NCBI GenBank assembly: GCA_951406725.2
Contig: OX597815.1
Span: 60,884,001-60,948,000 of the forward strand
DNA: 64,000 nucleotides
DNA from: Octopus vulgaris
Taxonomy: Eukaryota
Reading direction: 5' to 3'
Shown in pieces: positions 57,640-64,000 of the stretch (the first letter of the stretch is position 1; the number at the start of each line of letters is the position of its first letter). Made by a program: the position numbers and the translations under genes. The notes under the pieces were generated by a model. That model was not told where the DNA came from, ran no database searches, and saw only the letters and a list, made by a program, of their open reading frames with translations.

Positions 57640-58773
57640 GGACATACATCTATATACACACATATACACACACATACTTACATACATTCATCGGACACAC
57701 TGACACCCAGACTTACACACAGACACACTCACACATCCACACACATACATACTTACACACACACTCGCAGGCGCGCGCACATACACGCTTGTGCACGTTC
57801 GCGCACGCATACACGCATGCATGCACCACGCTCGTGGTTGACCGACCAGTTCTCCCGTACGTATCTGGGGCCGGCGCGTGTCTTTGGGTTCTCCCACGCC
57901 TGTCGCCGCGGGACCACTCTTCCATCTTCCCCTCCCCCCCCCCCCCTCCGCTGCAGTTTTTTCCTTAACCCCCCCTCTTTGTACACACACGCACACACAT
58001 ACACACAGCCACTCACACACACACATTTGCATATATATATACATTACACTTACACACACTTCAAATTTACTTGCCATACACACAACTACGCACACTGGAC
58101 ACACTACCACTCTACACACACACTGGCACGTTACATACGCCCCCACCCTTTCCCTCCTTCCCTTCTTCCCTCCTTCCTCCCTTTTTTTACCACTGACCAC
58201 TCACTCGAGACTTGCTACGTCATCCGTTCGCCCTGCACGCACTAACATATACATATTTTTTGTTTTTTTTATCTCGCCTCACACACACATACACACACGC
58301 ACACACTCACACATACATACACACGCACACACACATACCTCCCTGTTTCTGATCTGCCTTTCTGACTTGCTAGGGTACCCCCACACACTCCTTTAATTCT
58401 ACTACTGCCTGCTACTAGCCACTGTCCACCATACACACACATACACACACACGCACACACTCACACACACACCCTCGTTTTCTCGCACACCTTTTTTACC
58501 ATTCCCTCTTTGATTCAGCTCTCCTGTTTTTAAAAAACATTTTCCTCCTTTTTTACCACTTCCGTCTTTTCAGTATGTGACCTCGTGAAGACTACCTGCA
58601 ATTTTTTTTCCTCTGTCCTCCCGTCTCGGGATCTCTCTTTCTCCTATGTTTCCGACGAAGAGCTCCGCTCGAAACGTCATACCCTCCTTCTTCTATTTTC
58701 CTGAGCGCCTAATAATAATAATACTGTAATTGTTCCACGTGTTGTTGTTTTTTCTGTTTTCCCGTTTGGATTA

Positions 58774-58779
<6 letters not shown>
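55432..58779. mobile_element. 3.35-kb (CA)-rich non-coding foldback with minimal HHRs at both ends
   Basis: 55432-56154 is the diverged reverse complement of about 57905-58779. HHRs at 55519-55549 (minus) and 58648-58682 (plus): CCGACGA-a-gagc ucc gcuc-GAAA-CG-UC. (TA)n flanks. Confidence 0.8.
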
Positions 58780-58821
<42 letters not shown>

Positions 58822-58824
<3 letters not shown>

Positions 58825-59325
58825 CTAGGTAATTTCACTCCTAATATTAAAAAATAAAAAAAAATAAAAGGTTGAAATTCATAATTATTATTTGTACGAT
58901 GTTGAAATTGTTCCGACAGTATTGCCCAAATGATATCGGTATCACTTTTAAAATCCACCCAAGGCTTGGTCCCCGTGCCATACGTCCTCTACAGAAATCA
59001 TGCTCTCAGCACATCACAACACTAAGACAGAACTACATCTCCTCAACTGGACCTGTTCTTTTTAACATCATTCCAAAACATATAAAGGAGGCAAAAGATT
59101 TCATAACCTTCAAAATGTTCCTGGTTGAATATCTCCAACAAATTCCAGATAAACCATCTACACCCGGATATACTGCTTCAAACAACAAACAACTCTTTAA
59201 TCGAATGGGCAATGGTGCCTAAAAATAACTATACAAAAATACATTACTAAATGTCTTTTCCAAGTGGCGCTATTAAGTTAGCTATGGCCTGGGCCAATGT
59301 AGCCGAAACCTATCTAAGTATGTAG

Positions 59326-59405
<80 letters not shown>

Positions 59406-61228
59406 GATGATGATGATGATGATTTACAGGGTCATTCAGTTAACTGAAAGTATCATTTCAGTCACCTACTCGGATGTTTATTTATAGAGCGGTTTAGCTA
59501 ACTGTGAGTATCTTTTCAGTCATCCATTCAGGTGTTTTACTTAATGAGTTTACAGGTTTACCCGTGATCCATTCCTGTCTCATTCGCTACAGTCGTGGAA
59601 GTATTTCAAACAACACCATATGATTAAAAGCGGACTGTCACATTTGCTATAAATAAAGAACTGTCGAGTTATCAGGAGTTGATTGATAAGCAGTTCACTG
59701 TGAGCCGTGTAACATATATGAAGCACAGAACCCAAATGCCGATGTATCTCAGACTTACTAGAAATGAGAAATTAAGTCTTGTAAAGCTCGAGTTCACACT
59801 ATGATACACAATGAAGATTATGCCATAATTAAACACATTGGTGAATATCATCATAGTTCGTGTGCTTCAAAACCCAAAGTTCGCAAAACTTTAGCGGACC
59901 TAAAGGCACAAGCAGCTGCTTCCCAGGAATCATCTTGTTCCTTAATTGCGACTGCTTGTGAAAAGCTTGGTGAAAATGAAATGGCTCCCATGCCCTCCTC
60001 TTCGTGTGTAAGTCACAATATAAGGAACTGGCGTCTAACAAAAGTAATTGCCCCTCCAATCCCTCAGAGTCGATTTGCTTATGAGATACCTGATGAATAC
60101 AAGTTCCTGGATAGAGGCGAACTTTTCTTGCTGTTTGATAGTGGTGAAACTAATGTAGAGAGATTACTTGTGTTTATAATTTAGTGAATGTAAAACACTG
60201 GGCAGGTGATGGAACTTTTAAGTGCTTCCCAACTGTATTTTATCAGTCGTACACGCTTCATGTTCAAATGGGTTCATTCAATGCTCCGCGATTGTTGGCA
60301 TTACTTCCAAACAAAAGTCAAGGAACTTACGCCTGCCTTTTTTATAAGCTAAATGAATTACGTCAAAGACTGAGTCCTGAAGACGTTATGGTGTATTTTG
60401 AAAAAGCGCACATTAGTAGCATTTTATCTATATTTCGTAGTGCTTCTATCTCATGTTGACTTTTTCATCTATCTCAAAATGTGTTCAGAAAAGTATGTGA
60501 ATTTGACTTTAAGGAAAGACACCATCATGATAATGAGTTTAGCATTAACATCAGATGGTTTTCAGCGCTGGTTTTCTTTCACTCGATGATGTGATTGGCG
60601 GATTCGTGATCATGTAGATAACCACGATCTTCCACAAAAACTTGTGTCCTACATTGAATTATCGTACATAGGATGCGTGCGAGGTAGAGGAAATGGACAA
60701 CGAAGAACTTTTCCTTTGTTTCCCATTGATAGTTGGAATGTCCGCTTTAGAACAGAATCGGATATGCCTCGAACTAATAACCATTTGGAAGGATATCACA
60801 ACGCACTACAAAGTTCTTTAACTTGCATACATCTAAACCTATGGAAATTAATTACTGCATTGAAAAGGGAAGAACACTTGGCACAACTGAGAAAGGTTAA
60901 ATTTGATCGAGGTGAGATCTACGGGACCATAAAAAGCATAAAGATATACAAAAAAAGTGGCTGCAGAGAATTATTGAGCGATATACTCCCGAAAATAAAA
61001 TGGATTTTTTGCGAGCAATAGCTCATAACCATCACCATTATTGAAGCTTTTAGTAATATTTCTATGGTTTACTGTACTTTTTATTTTATCTTTATTCAAC
61101 ATATTATTATTTTTTCTAATATCGGGAGTGAAATTATCTGGAGTGAAATTTTACTGGCAGTCAAATTACCAGGAATCAAAAAATATTAAGTGTGAAATAC
61201 TCAGGAGTCAGAGTCAAATTACCAGTCA

Positions 61229-61230
<2 letters not shown>
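58822..61230 (+). mobile_element. MULE (Mutator-like) DNA transposon, transposase pseudogene about 59640-61030
   Basis: WAGDGTFK..P..FYQ.YTLH, LLPNK...TY, FEKA, LFHLSQ, TNNHLEGYHN; terminal ggtaatttcactcc mirrored by repeated gagtgaaatt at 61124-61230. Confidence 0.8.
58900..59320 (+). mobile_element. CR1-group LINE 3' fragment nested in the MULE
   Basis: GPVLFNIIPKHIKE..FK..L..YLQQIPDKP; the 3' end recurs inverted at 46981-47050. Confidence 0.75.
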
Positions 61231-61292
<62 letters not shown>

Positions 61293-61499
61293 ATATATAT
61301 ATGTGTGTGTGTGTGTGTACATGTGTATGGTTGTATATATACGTATAAATATAAATGTGTGTGTGTGGGTGGGTGTGCATATATGTGTTTCACGCGAGTG
61401 TGAGTGAGCATATGCGTATATGCACATGTACGTGGATGTGCGTGCGCGCATGTGTACGCATGTACATACGCGCATACACGAATTCTATGAGAATTTTTT

Positions 61500-61797
61500 A
61501 CTTTCTCCCCTTTCGAGTTTTTTCCCTTTATTTAACGGTCATTCTAATAGTTCTTTTGTTTGTCTTAATAACGGCCATCTTCATAGTAATTTCCTTTTGT
61601 TTAACGGTCATTTTCATAGCATTTTTGTTTGTCTTAATAACTAACGAGATGCCAGAGCAGAATTCCGCCCCGACATCCGAAACTCGGAGTTTTATTATGG
61701 CAACCGAATAATTGTCACATATTGTATGACAGATATATTCCTCTATTTACATAATATCGAGGTCTCATTTATTCTTTTGTTGTCTTACCATTTCTAT

Positions 61798-61800
<3 letters not shown>
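61500..61800 (+). mobile_element. solo pLTR of the Hydra-PLE family; HHR at 61635-61697 (G5A)
   Basis: uaauaa-CUAACGA-gaug...cauc-c-GAAA-CUCGGAG-UU-uuauua; matches 29545-29812. Confidence 0.82.
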
Positions 61801-61863
<63 letters not shown>

Positions 61864-61899
61864 TATTATTATTATTAGGAATTTTCCAAAGAATTCTAG

Positions 61900-62490
61900 T
61901 TGTTACTGTATTATCAATTCACATACGGTTAGGATTGGTTTTTCCAACACAAAAAATCTCTTACAAATTATCTCTTCACATAATAACCAGTTACATATTA
62001 ATACATTTACTAATACTAACATTAATTTAACTAATACCATCCATCCCTCTAGAAATATTGATAACAAGGTTATTGTATCTGAAGTCAATTCCAACAGAAT
62101 CAAGTTTATGTCAAGTAACTCTAAAATTAAAAATTCTATATACCAGGGCAAAATAAATACTCATAATAAAGTACGATCTTACATTGGAAGCACGTCGTTA
62201 CAGTTATCTAAAATAATTTCTATCCATTACTCAACATTTAGGGATAAGAATAAACGTAATTTACAGGGCTCAGTATATTAATTTGGGATCTAAAAGACCA
62301 CAATGAACAATTTAATTTGGAATGGTTGATTCTCTCAATCTCGATACCGTATGACAAAGGCAGGGAATTCAGTCTTCTCTGTAATTCTAAACTATTTTTC
62401 ATTATTTTTTCTAAAAATCCCCTAGTAAACAAGGTTATAGAGCGTGTATACCGATGTAAACATTGGCAAAAGCACACCTTTAGTTCATAG
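61900..62490 (+). pseudogene. degraded Hydra-type PLE endonuclease region
   Basis: IYQGKI...SYIGSTS...IWDLKD.N.QFNLEWLIL...LC...RCKH. Confidence 0.75.
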
Positions 62491-62514
62491 AAGTTATCTC
62501 TATCATTATATATA

Positions 62515-62555
62515 ACTAGCATTATGACCCGTCGTTGTCGGGTCATAGTGCTAGT
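62515..62555. repeat. 17-bp hairpin ending in CTAGT on both strands (Helitron 3'-end-like)
   Basis: actagcattatgacccg-tcgttgt-cgggtcatagtgctagt. Confidence 0.65.
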
Positions 62556-62988
62556 GCATGTATATATGTGTATATATATGTGTACATATTACATGTACAT
62601 CTATATATATACACCTACACATAAAATACAAAGTTATATCTTGATATCGCTAGTGATAACAATACGCAAAATATATAACAGATTGGAATTGTAGGCCCGT
62701 CTCTTGCAATTTTGATCAATTGTATCTTGTCCTCCCTCTTGTATAGAAGTGTGGCTACAATCCAGCCTACCTCTACTTCTGGGGGGACATATTTAATTTT
62801 TATTCGGGACGTCCTACGTCCCAGATATAAAGGTAAAAATAAAATATTTCCACTTTGCAAGATTCGAGTCGAGTACTCCCTTGCACGCTCCGTTGACTCG
62901 AACCTTGCTTTCGATGGTGCTTTCCTCCAGGTGTTCAAATCTTTATTTTCTCTACATTGTATACTTTATAGACAATAGTCTTTTCTTC

Positions 62989-63164
62989 GCAGCGTGGAAG
63001 GTGTTTGTAAGCCATTTAAGAAGATGCAGCACGGATTTTTGTCAGTGAACAGGTCGCGGTCTTAAAGCGACGAAAATATTTTGACAAATTAAACTTAAAT
63101 GTTGAAGTGAATCGAACGGCTTTTGTGTGTTTCTTAAATGGCTTACAAACACCTTCCACGCTGC
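62989..63164. repeat. perfect 34-bp inverted repeat
   Basis: gcagcgtggaaggtgtttgtaagccatttaagaa (62989-63022) and its reverse complement (63131-63164). Confidence 0.9.
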
Positions 63165-63327
63165 AATTGTTTTCGTTTCAGCACACGATCTCAGATCAAA
63201 TCAGTTGACTTTTATGACTCGTATTACTACCTCAGTCAATCTAAATGTATATATTTGTCGTTACCTGTCATAAATAGCCTTTTGTTTATTTACAATGTGC
63301 ATTTTCGTTGATTTTTTCATATTTTAC

Positions 63328-63374
<47 letters not shown>

Positions 63375-63376
<2 letters not shown>

Positions 63377-63540
63377 CGCAGGAGTGGGTGTGTGGTAAGT
63401 AGCTTGCTTACCAACCATATGGTTCCGGGTTCAGTCCCACTGCGTGGCATCTTGGGCGAGTGTCTTCTACTATAGCCTCGGGCCAACCAAAGCCTTGTGA
63501 GTGGATTTGGTAGACGGAAACTGAAAGAAGCCCGTCGTAT
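63375..63540 (+). mobile_element. octopus-type SINE head
   Basis: ggcgcaggagtgg..tggtaag (A-box), ggttcagtccc (B-box), ending gaaagaagcccgtcg followed by microsatellite. Confidence 0.88.
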
Positions 63541-63549
63541 ATATGTATG

Positions 63550-63599
<50 letters not shown>

Positions 63600-63688
63600 T
63601 ATACATATATATATATATGTGTGTGTGTGCTTATATTATGTGTATATGTATGTGTGTGTGTATGTATATGATGTGCTCTCCGTCTCTT

Positions 63689-63730
<42 letters not shown>

Positions 63731-64000
63731 ACATTTGAAATTTCCTTTCAACACAACAAAATAATAAATATAGCAGCAATAAGGAAGACCGGGAGGATAT
63801 GTGTGAGAGGGATATTGTGGTGTTGGTGGTGATGGTGTTTCTCATGATGGTGACCGTCATAATATTCTTTATGACAATTGTTTTGGCTGCGGTATTGGGA
63901 GCGGTGGTTATTGTTGGCATGGTGGTGCTGGTGCAGCAGGTGGTTGTTGTGGTGGTGGCGGTAGTGGCAGTGGTGATTCTGCTGCTGCCAGTGGTTTTTG

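Noticed and set aside
55504-58396. Long His/Thr-rich ORFs (up to 594 aa)
   Set aside because: These are translations of degenerate (CA)n, open in several frames because the repeat lacks stop codons.
62615-62980. 107-aa minus-strand ORF
   Set aside because: Probably a retrotransposon ORF1-like remnant; no diagnostic motif or splice support.

Overview
AT-rich, microsatellite-saturated animal genomic DNA whose SINE, LINE and Penelope content looks like Octopus (inferred from repeat types). There is no intact host protein-coding gene. The only host-gene candidates are a possible minus-strand exon at 99-479 with a CRE/ETS motif cluster about 0.7 kb upstream, and a weak promoter-like island near 41.7 kb. 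The rest is mobile DNA: Penelope-like elements (PLEs; Neptune-like and Hydra-like RT plus GIY-YIG fragments), CR1-group and RTE LINE fragments, a young-looking R4/Dong LINE in a (TAA)n tract, tRNA-derived SINEs, and Tc1/mariner, hAT, MULE and Helitron remnants. The striking signal, read by eye, is about 27 hammerhead-ribozyme (HHR) motifs from roughly a dozen families, about 10 with an intact catalytic core. Most sit in non-coding, (TA)n-inserted, inverted-repeat elements. These include a 1.43-kb palindrome built from a head-to-tail 560-bp HHR monomer (retrozyme-like), a 340-bp terminally redundant HHR insert with an 11-bp TSD, and a tRNA-headed HHR element. In several elements the inverted arm starts within a few nucleotides of the predicted self-cleavage site. 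Most long ORFs in the track are microsatellite artefacts. Coordinates of degraded elements are approximate.
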